Program-made: the position numbers and the translations under genes
Shown: piece by piece, positions 1-8,950 of the stretch
Layout of the letters: each line of letters starts with the position of its first letter
How positions within the stretch are numbered: position 1 is the first letter of the stretch
The notes under the pieces: generated by a model
What the model was told of the DNA's origin: nothing
The model's database searches: none
The model's input: only the letters and a program-made list of their open reading frames with translations
NCBI GenBank assembly: GCA_904420285.1
Contig: CAJFUM010000089.1
Coordinates: forward strand, 1 to 37,934
DNA: 37,934 nt
From: an uncultured Clostridia bacterium
GTDB lineage: Bacteria > Bacillota > Clostridia > TANB77 > CAG-508
Direction of reading: 5' to 3'

Positions 1-83
1 AAAAAAATTAAGCATTTTGAATGCTTACAAGATTTTTGCATATGGAAAAGTGTTTAAAATCCGAGCTCAACATAATATTTTAG

Positions 84-114
84 TTATCCACATTTTTACA
101 AAAAGTGTGGATAA
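84..114. promoter_or_regulatory. Pair of inverted perfect DnaA boxes
   Basis: TTATCCACA at 84-92 and TGTGGATAA at 106-114, both exact DnaA-box consensus. Confidence 0.7.
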
Positions 115-247
115 CTTTATAAAGCGGTCAAAATTTTATTTTAGTGGCCGCTTAATTTCTTATATAATTTTCCATCAAATTATAGACACTTTTATTAAAT
201 TGTGTTAATATATCTTTAGATAGCTTGTTATTACTATATACACATAT

Positions 248-322
248 TGGGGTGTAGCCAAGCGGTAAGGCAGATGGCTCTGACCCATCGATGCGTAGGT
301 TCGAATCCTACTACCCCAACCA
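248..322 (+). tRNA. tRNA-Gln(CTG)
   Basis: Acceptor TGGGGTG/TACCCCA, anticodon arm GATGG-CTCTGAC-CCATC, T-loop TTCGAAT, encoded CCA. Confidence 0.97.
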
Positions 323-356
323 AAATTCTGCTAAACTAAGATAGAAGGTGAAGAAT

Positions 357-677
357 ATGGTTGAAAGAGTTATTAGCAGAGAAATAATGGAAACAATTAA
401 AAAGTATATTGAAAGAATTAGCAAATATTATAAAATAGAGGCAATAATATTATTTGGTTCTTATGCAAAAGGAACTCAAAATGAAGATAGCGATATTGAT
501 ATAGCTGTAATATCAAGTGATTTTAAAAATCTTATTCAAGATGGTGCAGATTTAATTGGTTATACATGGAAAATAGATACTAGAATAGAACCACATCCGA
601 TTAGAACAGAAGATTATGAAAATATTACTACTCCTTTTGTACAAGAAGTCATAAATACTGGAATAAAGGTAGCATAA
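357..677 (+). CDS. Minimal nucleotidyltransferase (MNT/KNTase-like) domain protein
   Basis: LFGSYAKG...DSDIDIAV motif, about 106 aa; AAGGTGA RBS favours ATG 357 over GTG 348. Confidence 0.88.
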   Translation: MVERVISREIMETIKKYIERISKYYKIEAIILFGSYAKGTQNEDSDIDIAVISSDFKNLIQDGADLIGYTWKIDTRIEPHPIRTEDYENITTPFVQEVINTGIKVA

Positions 678-709
678 TTATTGGTAAAAAAGAGATGGGA
701 GAAAAAGAT

Positions 710-847
710 ATGATAGTTGATAAAAAAGGAAAAATATTTGAAGATAGAAGAAGGAATAAAACAGATAGAAGAAAAAATGAAATAGATAGTACTGGTGGAA
801 GACGTAAAGAAGAAAGAAGAAAAGAAAACAATAAAATTAGAAAGTAA
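710..847 (+). CDS. Small Arg-rich protein, 45 aa (not in ORF track)
   Basis: GGGAG RBS, ATG 710, MIVDKKGKIFEDRRRNKTDRRKNEIDSTGGRRKEERRKENNKIRK*; host-like AGA/AAA codons; followed by a terminator. Alternative ATG at 695. Confidence 0.65.
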   Translation: MIVDKKGKIFEDRRRNKTDRRKNEIDSTGGRRKEERRKENNKIRK

Positions 848-893
848 TTTATTGTATTTATTAATGTTGGTTATAATTTTGGTTATTTAGAAG

Positions 894-942
894 AAGGGAA
901 CATAATGAACTTTATTTTTATATAGTTCATTATAGTTCCCTT
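894..942. terminator. Probable bidirectional terminator hairpin
   Basis: AAGGGAAC-ATAATGAACT...AGTTCATTAT-AGTTCCCTT inverted repeat between convergent genes. Confidence 0.7.
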
Positions 943-965
943 GCATTTTTTATTGTATTAAAGGA

Positions 966-1085
966 TTAGCAACATCCTCCTCTACCTCCACCGCAACAGC
1001 AGCAGATTAATATTAATAATATTATTATCCAGATGCAGTCATCACCAAATCCGAAACCACATCCACATCCTCTATTTTCTGGCAT
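966..1085 (-). CDS. Small Cys/Gly-rich single-TM protein, 39 aa (not in ORF track)
   Basis: AAAGGGGGG RBS then MPENRGCGCGFGFGDDCIWIIILLILICCCCGGGRGGCC*. Confidence 0.85.
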   Translation of the reverse strand: MPENRGCGCGFGFGDDCIWIIILLILICCCCGGGRGGCC

Positions 1086-1138
1086 ATTAATTCCCCCCTT
1101 TCGTATTTGTAAGTATTTTTAGAAAATTTAATGTAAGA

Positions 1139-1261
1139 TTAGCAACCACAAGAATTGTTACATCCATTACTACAACAATTGTTACCTCCGCAACAGAAAA
1201 GTAGTAAGAATAGGATTATGAACCATAATAGTTCACTATTATTACAACAACAATTTCCCAT
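1139..1261 (-). CDS. Small Cys/Asn-rich single-TM protein, 40 aa (not in ORF track)
   Basis: AAAGGAGGT RBS then MGNCCCNNSELLWFIILFLLLFCCGGNNCCSNGCNNSCGC*. Confidence 0.87.
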   Translation of the reverse strand: MGNCCCNNSELLWFIILFLLLFCCGGNNCCSNGCNNSCGC

Positions 1262-1313
1262 CTCTTTACCTCCTTTAAAACTAGAAAAATGTTTTTAGTT
1301 CTTTCGTATGGTA

Positions 1314-1343
1314 TATATTATTCAAAATCAAAAAAAGGGTTAC
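1314..1343 (-). promoter_or_regulatory. Putative SigK-type promoter for the Cys-rich peptide pair
   Basis: GTAACC-N15-AATAATATA on the minus strand; resembles the element at 21390-21420. Confidence 0.4.
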
Positions 1344-1473
1344 AGATTTTATTTTAGGTTATTAATATTTAGAATTTTTTTTCTAAAAACCTATACAAAA
1401 AATGTAGATTAATGATATAATTCTAAAGAAATATGTAATATAACAAAAGACCTTAGAAAGGAAGAAATAATAA

Positions 1474-3726
1474 ATGGGAAATATTGTTTTATTAGATGAA
1501 TTAACAATAAATAAAATAGCTGCAGGAGAAGTTATAGAAAGACCAGCTTCTGTTGTAAAAGAACTTGTTGAAAATTCTATTGATGCAGGAGCAAATAAAA
1601 TAACAGTTGAAATAAAAAATGGAGGAATATCATATATAAGGGTTGCAGATAATGGAAAAGGTTTTCTTCCAGATGATATGGAAATGGCTTTTGAAAGACA
1701 TGCTACAAGTAAAATAAGAAAAGCACAAGATTTAGAAACAGTTACTTCTATGGGGTTTAGAGGAGAGGCTTTGGCAAGTATAGCTGCAATAAGTCATGTT
1801 GAGCTTATATCGAAAACAATGGATAATGATATAGGAAAAAAGATTGAAGTAAAAGGTGGAAATATAATTAGTTTTGAAGATGCAGGATGTCCACAAGGAA
1901 GTACAATTACTATAACAGATTTGTTTTTTAATACTCCTGTAAGATATAAATTTTTAAAGAAAGATTTTACAGAGGCAGGATATATAGAAGATGTAATTAC
2001 AAGAATAGCTTTAGTCCATCCAGAAATTTCTTTAAAACTTATTAATTCTGGAAAAGTTGTAATACAATCTCCTGGAAATGGAGATATAAAGTCAGTTATA
2101 TATAATATTTATGGAAAAGACGTGGCAGAAAATATAATTGATGTAAATTATGATTATGAAGATATAAAAGTTAAAGGTGTTATAGGAAAGCCAGTTATAG
2201 CTCGTTCAAATAGATCTAATCAATTATTTTTTGTGAATAAAAGGTATATAAAGGATAAAACATTAACAAGTGCTGCAGAGCAAGGATATAAAGGGTTATT
2301 AACTATTGGTAAATATGGATTTTTGGTATTAGATATAGAAATGAATCCACAAAAAGTTGATGTAAATGTTCATCCAGCTAAATTAGAAGTAAGATTTGAA
2401 GATGATAACAAAATCTTTAAAGCAATTTATCATGCTATAAGAGATAGTTTATTAAAAGAAGATCTTGTGCCAGATAGAACTAAAATAGAGCTAGATAAAC
2501 AGATGAATTCAAATAATTCATGGAAAATGAATACAAGCTTTACAATGCCAAAAATTAATACTGAGTCAAGTAATGAAAAGCATGAGAAAATAGAAGAGAA
2601 TAATACTCCTAAGATAGATATATTAGAAGAAATAAATAAGTTTAAAGATAAACCATTATTAGATCCATCTCTTATTTCACCTAATAATGAAAAACAAGAT
2701 GATGAAAAAAAGCAAGAAATTAAAGAAGAAGTGGCAGATGACAAAAAAGAAAATGAAGCAGAAGAAAAATTTACTTCAAAAATTAGTGAAATATTAAACA
2801 GATTTGGTAACAAGAAAAAAGAGGAAGAAGTAGAAAAAGAAAAAATTGATGATACTCAAAATTTTATAGCACAAATATATAATAATAAAAATGAAGAAAA
2901 AAAGGATGATAATGGAGAAACTAAAGTTGTAGATTTATCTGAGATAAGTGAAAAAATAAAAGAGATGGATAATTTACAAATAGAGCCAGAATATCAAAAT
3001 TTCGATGAAATGTATGCTCGTACATTTGGAAAAACACTAAAAGCCGAACCAAAAGTAGAAGAAGAAAAAGATGAGTATAAAGTAGATGCAAATGAAATGA
3101 AAACTACCGATAATATATCTATTTTTGATAAATTGCCACAAAGCGAAATTCCAGAGTACAAATATATAGGAATAGCTTTTTCTACTTATATAATAATTGA
3201 AATGAATAATGAGCTATATATTATTGATCAACATGCAGCTCATGAGAGAATAATGTATGAAAAAATAAAAAAGAATTATTATAGTAATGATAATAAAGAT
3301 TCTCAACTTATGTTGTTACCAGATATAATTACATTAAGCCACAAAGATATGCAAATAGCTAAAGATAATATGGAAATATTTGAAAGAGCAGGATTTGATT
3401 TAGAGGAATTTGGAGAAAACACAATAAAATTAAGTGGTGTACCAACAGTTTGCTTGGATTTAGATACAAAAGAATTATTTTTAGAAACATTGGACGAAAT
3501 TAATACTGTTGCACGTACTGCTAAGCAAGAGATTGAAGAAAAGTTTATAGCTACAATAGCGTGCAAAGCGGCAGTTAAAGCAAATATGGCTCTTACAAAA
3601 GAAGAAGTGGATAATTTAATGAAACAATTATTGGTTTTACCAAATCCATTTACATGTCCACATGGTAGACCAACAGCTATTAGAATGACTAAAAATGATA
3701 TTGAAAAGAAATTTTCTAGGAGATAA
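1474..3726 (+). CDS. mutL: DNA mismatch repair endonuclease MutL
   Basis: NKIAAGEVIERPASVVKELVENS, GFRGEALASI, DQHAAHER endonuclease motif, CPHGRP; long charged linker. Confidence 0.98.
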   Translation: MGNIVLLDELTINKIAAGEVIERPASVVKELVENSIDAGANKITVEIKNGGISYIRVADNGKGFLPDDMEMAFERHATSKIRKAQDLETVTSMGFRGEALASIAAISHVELISKTMDNDIGKKIEVKGGNIISFEDAGCPQGSTITITDLFFNTPVRYKFLKKDFTEAGYIEDVITRIALVHPEISLKLINSGKVVIQSPGNGDIKSVIYNIYGKDVAENIIDVNYDYEDIKVKGVIGKPVIARSNRSNQLFFVNKRYIKDKTLTSAAEQGYKGLLTIGKYGFLVLDIEMNPQKVDVNVHPAKLEVRFEDDNKIFKAIYHAIRDSLLKEDLVPDRTKIELDKQMNSNNSWKMNTSFTMPKINTESSNEKHEKIEENNTPKIDILEEINKFKDKPLLDPSLISPNNEKQDDEKKQEIKEEVADDKKENEAEEKFTSKISEILNRFGNKKKEEEVEKEKIDDTQNFIAQIYNNKNEEKKDDNGETKVVDLSEISEKIKEMDNLQIEPEYQNFDEMYARTFGKTLKAEPKVEEEKDEYKVDANEMKTTDNISIFDKLPQSEIPEYKYIGIAFSTYIIIEMNNELYIIDQHAAHERIMYEKIKKNYYSNDNKDSQLMLLPDIITLSHKDMQIAKDNMEIFERAGFDLEEFGENTIKLSGVPTVCLDLDTKELFLETLDEINTVARTAKQEIEEKFIATIACKAAVKANMALTKEEVDNLMKQLLVLPNPFTCPHGRPTAIRMTKNDIEKKFSRR

Positions 3727-3729
3727 AAG

Positions 3730-4332
3730 ATGATAGGTATTTTATTATTTATATTATTATTGAATGTGGTTTCAATAGTTTTAATGTATTATTGTTTAGG
3801 AGATATAGATAAAAAAGAAAAATTAATATTTATTGCTGCTGGAACAGCTATAATGTATGTATTAACTAATTTTATTTATTGGATTAGTACAAAAAGCATT
3901 GAAATAACACAAGTTTCAGAGCAAAGTAAGAATTTAATTACATTTTTATTTGTTCCAATTAACGGGATTTTAATTCTTCCACTATTTGCAAAATCGTATA
4001 CAAAATATAAATATGGTAGTTTAAATAAAACAGTATTCACAAAAAGAGGAATTGTACTTGGAGTAATTTTATTAATAATTCTAATAATTGAGTGTATATA
4101 TTTTAAAAATATTCAAGAGCAAATTGTAAATATGATTACAGAAAATATTAAACAAGAGCAAGCAGAAACACAAGAGAATAGTTTGGTAACAAATAGTACA
4201 AATGATATAAGTAATGATGTTAATGTTCAAAATGAAGTATATACTGAAGGTATAAATACTGTAAATGAAACTAATATTATTACAGAAAATATTGTTACAG
4301 ATGCAAATGAAATTAATGTTGTTATAGAATAA
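3730..4332 (+). CDS. Hypothetical membrane protein (about 4 TM, Asn/Thr-rich tail)
   Basis: Four hydrophobic segments; lies between mutL and miaA on the same strand. Confidence 0.75.
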   Translation: MIGILLFILLLNVVSIVLMYYCLGDIDKKEKLIFIAAGTAIMYVLTNFIYWISTKSIEITQVSEQSKNLITFLFVPINGILILPLFAKSYTKYKYGSLNKTVFTKRGIVLGVILLIILIIECIYFKNIQEQIVNMITENIKQEQAETQENSLVTNSTNDISNDVNVQNEVYTEGINTVNETNIITENIVTDANEINVVIE

Positions 4333-4353
4333 ATTTTTAGCAGGAGTGGAATT

Positions 4354-5274
4354 ATGCAGAAAGTTATAGTAATATGTGGTCCAACAGCATCTGGAAAAAC
4401 TAATTTATCAATAGAGCTAGCTAAAAAAATAGATGGGGAGATAGTATCTTGTGATTCAATGCAAATATATAAAAATATGACAATTGGTACAGCAAAACCT
4501 ACTATAGAAGAAATGCAAGGAATAAAACATTATATGATAGATTGTGTTTCTCCAGATGTAAGATACAGTGTAGCAGATTATAAAAAAGATGCAACTAAAT
4601 CTATACAAGAGATTATAGAAAAAGGAAAAGTTCCAATAGTAGTAGGAGGAACAGGTTTATATTTAGAATCCCTTATTTATGGTATTGATTATAACGAAAT
4701 AAAAGTAGATTTAGAATATAGAGAAAAATTGGAAAAACTATTAGAAACAGATGGATTAGATAAAATATATGATATGGCAAAAGAAATTGATGAAAAAGCA
4801 ATGGAGAAAATAAGTAGAAATGATAAAAAAAGAATCTTTAGAGTTTTAGAAATTTATCATTCTACAGGAAAAACAAAAACACAATTAGAGATAGAGTCTA
4901 GAAAGAATGGTCCAGAATACAATTATATTTTATTTGGAATTACAATGGATAGGGAAAAGTTATATGATAGAATAAATAAAAGAGTGGATTTAATGATTGC
5001 TAATGGATTAATTGAAGAAGTACAGAATTTAATAGCTAAATATAATTCTTTCCCTACAGCAATGCAAGGCTTAGGTTATAAAGAAGTAATTCAATACATA
5101 AATGGAGATTTGACTAAAGATGAAATGATAGATAAAATAAAGCAAGAAACAAGAAGATATGCAAAAAGGCAACTTACATGGTTTAGAAAATATAAAGAGA
5201 TTGTATGGCTTTCGGGATTGGATGATGTTAATAAAAATTTGGAAATTATAATTCAAAAATTGAAGGAAAATTAA
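4354..5274 (+). CDS. miaA: tRNA (adenosine(37)-N6)-dimethylallyltransferase
   Basis: GPTASGKT, DSMQIY, VGGTGLY, TRRYAKRQLTWF. Confidence 0.98.
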   Translation: MQKVIVICGPTASGKTNLSIELAKKIDGEIVSCDSMQIYKNMTIGTAKPTIEEMQGIKHYMIDCVSPDVRYSVADYKKDATKSIQEIIEKGKVPIVVGGTGLYLESLIYGIDYNEIKVDLEYREKLEKLLETDGLDKIYDMAKEIDEKAMEKISRNDKKRIFRVLEIYHSTGKTKTQLEIESRKNGPEYNYILFGITMDREKLYDRINKRVDLMIANGLIEEVQNLIAKYNSFPTAMQGLGYKEVIQYINGDLTKDEMIDKIKQETRRYAKRQLTWFRKYKEIVWLSGLDDVNKNLEIIIQKLKEN

Positions 5275-5315
5275 TAAAATATTTATACATATATTATGTA
5301 TATTAATATAAAGGA

Positions 5316-6596
5316 ATGGGAGCAATATTGAAGGAAACTAAAGCTAATAAGAATGAAAAAAAGACAAAAATGAAATTTAAAGATATATTAAAAAAGCATA
5401 AAACTAAAATTATTATGCTCTTATTGTTATGCATATTTATATATATAGTATATGTGGTTGTAAGATTAATACAAAATCCTACAGATACAGTTTATGTGGA
5501 AATGGGACAAATACAAGAAGAAGAGGAAGGCGTTGGATATATAGTAAGAGATGAAACTGTACTAAAAGGTGAAAATTATAAAAATGGAATAGAACAGATA
5601 AAAACAGAAGGAGAAAAAGTTGCAAAAAATGAACCAATATTTAGATACTATTCTAATAATGAAGAAAATCTTATAAAGAAAATACAGGATTTAGATGCAA
5701 AAATAGATGAAGCAATGTCGAAAAACAATGTTCCTTCAGCAGATACAAGAGCATTGGAAGAACAAATAAATACTAAAATAAATGAACTATATGGAGAAAG
5801 CAATATAACTAAAATACAAGAAAATAAACAGCAAATAGCAAACAATATGACCAAAAAAGCAAAAATTACGGGAGAATTGAGTCCAGCAGGCTCGTATTTA
5901 AAAAAGTTAGTTGATGAAAGATCTAAATATGAAAATCAGTTAAATAAAGGAGCAGAATATTTAAATGCAACAAAAAGCGGAATTGTATCATATAGAGTAG
6001 ATGGATATGAAGAAGTATTAACTCCTAAAGATTTTGGTAAATATAATAAAGAATTTTTAGAAGGACTAAATTTAAAAACAGGGCAAATAATTCCAACAAG
6101 TAATGAAAGCGGAAAAATAATAGATAATTATTATTGCTATATTATAGTTGTACTAGATTCTAAATATGCTGAAGAAGCAGAAGTTGGAGATGAAGTTACA
6201 TTAAGGCTTCCTAGTGGAGCAGAGGTAGAGGCTAGTATTGAATATAAAATTGTAGAAGATAAAGAATATATACTAACTTTTAAAATTGAAAAAAATGTTG
6301 AGGAATTAATTAGTTATAGAAAAATATCATTAGAAATTATTTGGTGGAGTAAATCTGGTTTAAAAGTACCAAATACAGCTATTTCATATGATGAAAATAC
6401 TAATGTTTCTTATGTTACTAGAACAAGAATAGGATATGAAGATAAAATATTAGTAAAAATTCTAAAATCAAATGAAAAATATTCTATAGTTACTAATTAT
6501 ACTAGTGAAGAATTAGGAGAATTTGGGTATACATCAGCAGAAATAAATAGAATGCCAAGTATTACAATTTATGATGAAATATTAATCAATAAATAA
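5316..6596 (+). CDS. HlyD-like membrane-anchored coiled-coil protein typical of the clostridial sepF locus
   Basis: N-terminal TM, EGEKVAK and SGIVSYRVDGYE motifs, central coiled coil; directly upstream of sepF. Confidence 0.75.
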   Translation: MGAILKETKANKNEKKTKMKFKDILKKHKTKIIMLLLLCIFIYIVYVVVRLIQNPTDTVYVEMGQIQEEEEGVGYIVRDETVLKGENYKNGIEQIKTEGEKVAKNEPIFRYYSNNEENLIKKIQDLDAKIDEAMSKNNVPSADTRALEEQINTKINELYGESNITKIQENKQQIANNMTKKAKITGELSPAGSYLKKLVDERSKYENQLNKGAEYLNATKSGIVSYRVDGYEEVLTPKDFGKYNKEFLEGLNLKTGQIIPTSNESGKIIDNYYCYIIVVLDSKYAEEAEVGDEVTLRLPSGAEVEASIEYKIVEDKEYILTFKIEKNVEELISYRKISLEIIWWSKSGLKVPNTAISYDENTNVSYVTRTRIGYEDKILVKILKSNEKYSIVTNYTSEELGEFGYTSAEINRMPSITIYDEILINK

Positions 6597-6603
6597 AGAA
6601 ATA

Positions 6604-6641
6604 TTACAATTATGTTACAATTATATTAAAATTATATTACA
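6604..6641. promoter_or_regulatory. Four TTACA-type direct repeats at 11-bp period (WalR/OmpR-like boxes) upstream of sepF
   Basis: TTACA 6604, TTACA 6615, TTAAA 6626, TTACA 6637, just upstream of TTGACA at 6657. Confidence 0.55.
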
Positions 6642-6731
6642 AAAATAAAAAAACTATTGACAATATGGATAAAATGATAGATACTATATAAAGCGAAACG
6701 AATGACGAATATTTTTAAGGAGGTTTTATAA

Positions 6732-7214
6732 ATGTCAGGAGCTATTATGGAAAAAGTATGGGGAATGTTAGGTTTACCAGAAAAGGATGAAGAAGAAGTA
6801 GAAGATATAGATTATGATAAAAATGAAGAAATAGAAGAGCAAGACGAGGAAGAAGAAGATAGAAGAATTTGGGGAAGAAAGAGTAATAAAGTTGTAAATA
6901 TGCCACAAACTCAACAAGTTAAGATGGTTATTTGTCAACCTACTACTTTTGAACAATCAGAGAGTATATGCAATTTATTAAAAGAAAAGAAATCTATAAT
7001 TGTAAATTTAGAATATGTAAACAAAGATGTAGCTAGAAGAATAGTAGATGTTGTTAGTGGAGCTGTTCATGCATTAGATGGAAATTTACAAAAAGTGTCT
7101 AATTCTATATTCTTAGTTGCACCATATAATTATGATATTACAAACGAAATGGCTAGAGAAGAAATAAAAAATAAATTATCTGTTTCATGGCTAAGAAACA
7201 ATTCAAATAATTAA
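6732..7214 (+). CDS. sepF: Cell division protein SepF
   Basis: Amphipathic N-terminus, acidic linker, IIVNLE...ARRIVDVVSGAVHALDGNLQKV..IFLVAP. Confidence 0.95.
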   Translation: MSGAIMEKVWGMLGLPEKDEEEVEDIDYDKNEEIEEQDEEEEDRRIWGRKSNKVVNMPQTQQVKMVICQPTTFEQSESICNLLKEKKSIIVNLEYVNKDVARRIVDVVSGAVHALDGNLQKVSNSIFLVAPYNYDITNEMAREEIKNKLSVSWLRNNSNN

Positions 7215-7246
7215 TATAGTTATATAAGGAGTTTAGGAGGAAAATT

Positions 7247-7696
7247 ATGTATACACCATTGGATATAGAAAATAAAAAGTTCGCAAAACAAATGATGAAT
7301 GGCTATAGTGTAGAAGAAGTAGACAATTTTTTGGATGAGCTAACACTAGACTATGAAAAACTATATAAAGAATCAAATGAAAACAAAACTAAAATATCTG
7401 AATTAGAAGCAAGTCTTGTAAAATATAAAAATTTAGAATCAACATTACAAAATACTTTAGTAATGGCTCAAAGTACAGCTGATGAAATAAAAAAAGTTGC
7501 AAAACAAGAGGCAGAACAAATAATAAAAGATGCACAAGGAACAGCAAAACAACAAGCAATGGAGCTAGAGCAACAAATTACATTAAAATCTAAAGAATTG
7601 GATGACTTACAAAAACAATTTGATGTATATAAAGCTAAAATGGAATCATTATTAATTTCACAATTAGAATTATTAAAAGAAGTAAATAAAGATTAA
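7247..7696 (+). CDS. divIVA: DivIVA domain protein
   Basis: TPLDIENKKF...GYSVEEVDNFLD followed by a coiled coil. Confidence 0.93.
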   Translation: MYTPLDIENKKFAKQMMNGYSVEEVDNFLDELTLDYEKLYKESNENKTKISELEASLVKYKNLESTLQNTLVMAQSTADEIKKVAKQEAEQIIKDAQGTAKQQAMELEQQITLKSKELDDLQKQFDVYKAKMESLLISQLELLKEVNKD

Positions 7697-7701
7697 AATA
7701 G

Positions 7702-7725
7702 AGCTAGTTAACAACTAGCTTTTTT
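7702..7725 (+). terminator. Rho-independent terminator
   Basis: AGCTAGTT-AAC-AACTAGCT followed by a T-run. Confidence 0.8.
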
Positions 7726-7899
7726 GTTTAAAGTTAGTATATTTACATTAAAGTATTTTTGTTATATAATATTAAAGAAATATTACAAAAATATAACAGT
7801 GTTACAAAATTATTAAATATATATTACAATTGTGTAAAGAATATTGACATATTCAAAATAAAAGTTAAAATATATTATATACAATATAGGAGTATCATA

Positions 7900-8460
7900 A
7901 TGCGAGTAATAAGTGGAACAGCAAGAGGAACAAAATTAGAGTCAATTGATGATATTAATACAAGACCAACACTAGATAGAGTTAAAGAATCTTTATTCAA
8001 TATAATACAAAATAGAATTGATGGTAGTATGGTCTTGGATTTATTTGCTGGAAGTGGTGCAATAGGAATTGAGTTCATTAGTAGAGGATGTCAAAAAGTA
8101 TATTTTTGTGATAAATCTAAACAAGCAGTAAAAATGATAGAAAAGAATCTTACTAGAACTAAATTTATAGACAAATCTGAGATTTTTAATGAAGATTATA
8201 CTAATGTTCTAACTAAATTAAGTAATAAAAACATTAAATTTGATTTTGTGTATATTGATCCACCATATAAACATAACTTGGCAGCTGACTCTATTGCAAA
8301 AATTCTTACATTAGATTTATTAAAAAAAGATGGAAGTATTATTGTAGAAACAGACGAAAAAGAAAGAGATTTAAAAGAAATAGAAAAATTACAAGTAGAA
8401 GTGTATGATTTAAGAAAATATGGTAGAGCAAACTTAATATTCTTAAATCGAAAGGAGTAA
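7900..8460 (+). CDS. rsmD: 16S rRNA m2G966 methyltransferase
   Basis: MRVISG..RG, RPTLDRVKESLFN, LDLFAGSG, DPPY; AGGAG RBS places the start at ATG 7900, not 7759. Confidence 0.96.
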   Translation: MRVISGTARGTKLESIDDINTRPTLDRVKESLFNIIQNRIDGSMVLDLFAGSGAIGIEFISRGCQKVYFCDKSKQAVKMIEKNLTRTKFIDKSEIFNEDYTNVLTKLSNKNIKFDFVYIDPPYKHNLAADSIAKILTLDLLKKDGSIIVETDEKERDLKEIEKLQVEVYDLRKYGRANLIFLNRKE

Positions 8461-8464
8461 GATT

Positions 8465-8902
8465 ATGGAAATATTTACTTTATTAGAAGCCTTAGAAGAT
8501 ATGCTTGATAAAAGCAGAGGAATACCTTTTTCTAGTAAATGTATTGTAAATAAGGAAGAAATTTTGGATATAGTTAAAGAAATTAGGTTGAAATTGCCTG
8601 ATGAATTAAAGCAAGCAAAATGGGTTAAAGAAGAAAGGCAAAGAATATTAGTTGAAGCTCAAAACGAAGCTGATGAAATAATTAAAGAAGCAGAAAATAG
8701 GATTATTTCAATGATAGATGAACATGAAATAACTAAAAAAGCATATGAGAAAAAAGTAGAAATAATAGAAACTGCAAATGAAATGTCTAGAGAAATTAAA
8801 AGTGGTACAGAAGAATATGCAGATGGAATATTAGCAGGAATTGAAGTTGCTTTAGAAGATGCTTTAAAAGTTATTAAAAACAATAGAAAAGAATTAAAAT
8901 AA
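8465..8902 (+). CDS. Conserved coiled-coil protein (ATPase subunit B/H-like) usually found after rsmD-coaD
   Basis: LEALEDML...IRLKLPDELKQAKWVKEERQRIL signature. Confidence 0.8.
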   Translation: MEIFTLLEALEDMLDKSRGIPFSSKCIVNKEEILDIVKEIRLKLPDELKQAKWVKEERQRILVEAQNEADEIIKEAENRIISMIDEHEITKKAYEKKVEIIETANEMSREIKSGTEEYADGILAGIEVALEDALKVIKNNRKELK

Positions 8903-8903
8903 G

Positions 8904-8950
8904 AAAAACCAAAATATTAAGCAAATATATTGTTTAATATTTTGGTTTTT
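8904..8950. terminator. Bidirectional terminator
   Basis: AAAACCAAAATATTAAGCAA...TTGTTTAATATTTTTGGTTTT between convergent genes. Confidence 0.75.

Noticed and set aside
17-208. 63-aa ORF at the window start
   Set aside because: No RBS or recognisable motif; overlaps the DnaA boxes and probable tRNA promoter region.
649-831. Minus-strand 60-aa hydrophobic ORF and similar antisense ORFs throughout (e.g. 2430-2813, 12141-12452, 26737-27228, 34716-35045, 36984-37205)
   Set aside because: Shadows of real genes or tRNAs on the opposite strand; the F/S/L-rich composition mirrors A-rich coding sequence.
966-1261. Cys-rich peptides as RiPP/bacteriocin precursors (ranthipeptide, lantibiotic)
   Set aside because: No radical SAM, Lan, YcaO or peptide exporter nearby; a central TM helix and no leader/core layout.
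1636-1644. AGG as a second shift-prone codon
   Set aside because: In-frame AGG occurs inside intact conserved genes (e.g. ATA AGG GTT in mutL) with homology continuing in frame.
6600-6645. AT-rich tandem repeats as CRISPR or iterons
   Set aside because: Units are 11 bp with no unique spacers; no cas or rep gene is present.
7759-7899. N-terminal extensions in the ORF track (7759, 9201, 11182, 22507, 25040, 25767)
   Set aside because: They run through promoters or neighbouring genes; RBS position and family N-termini support the downstream starts.
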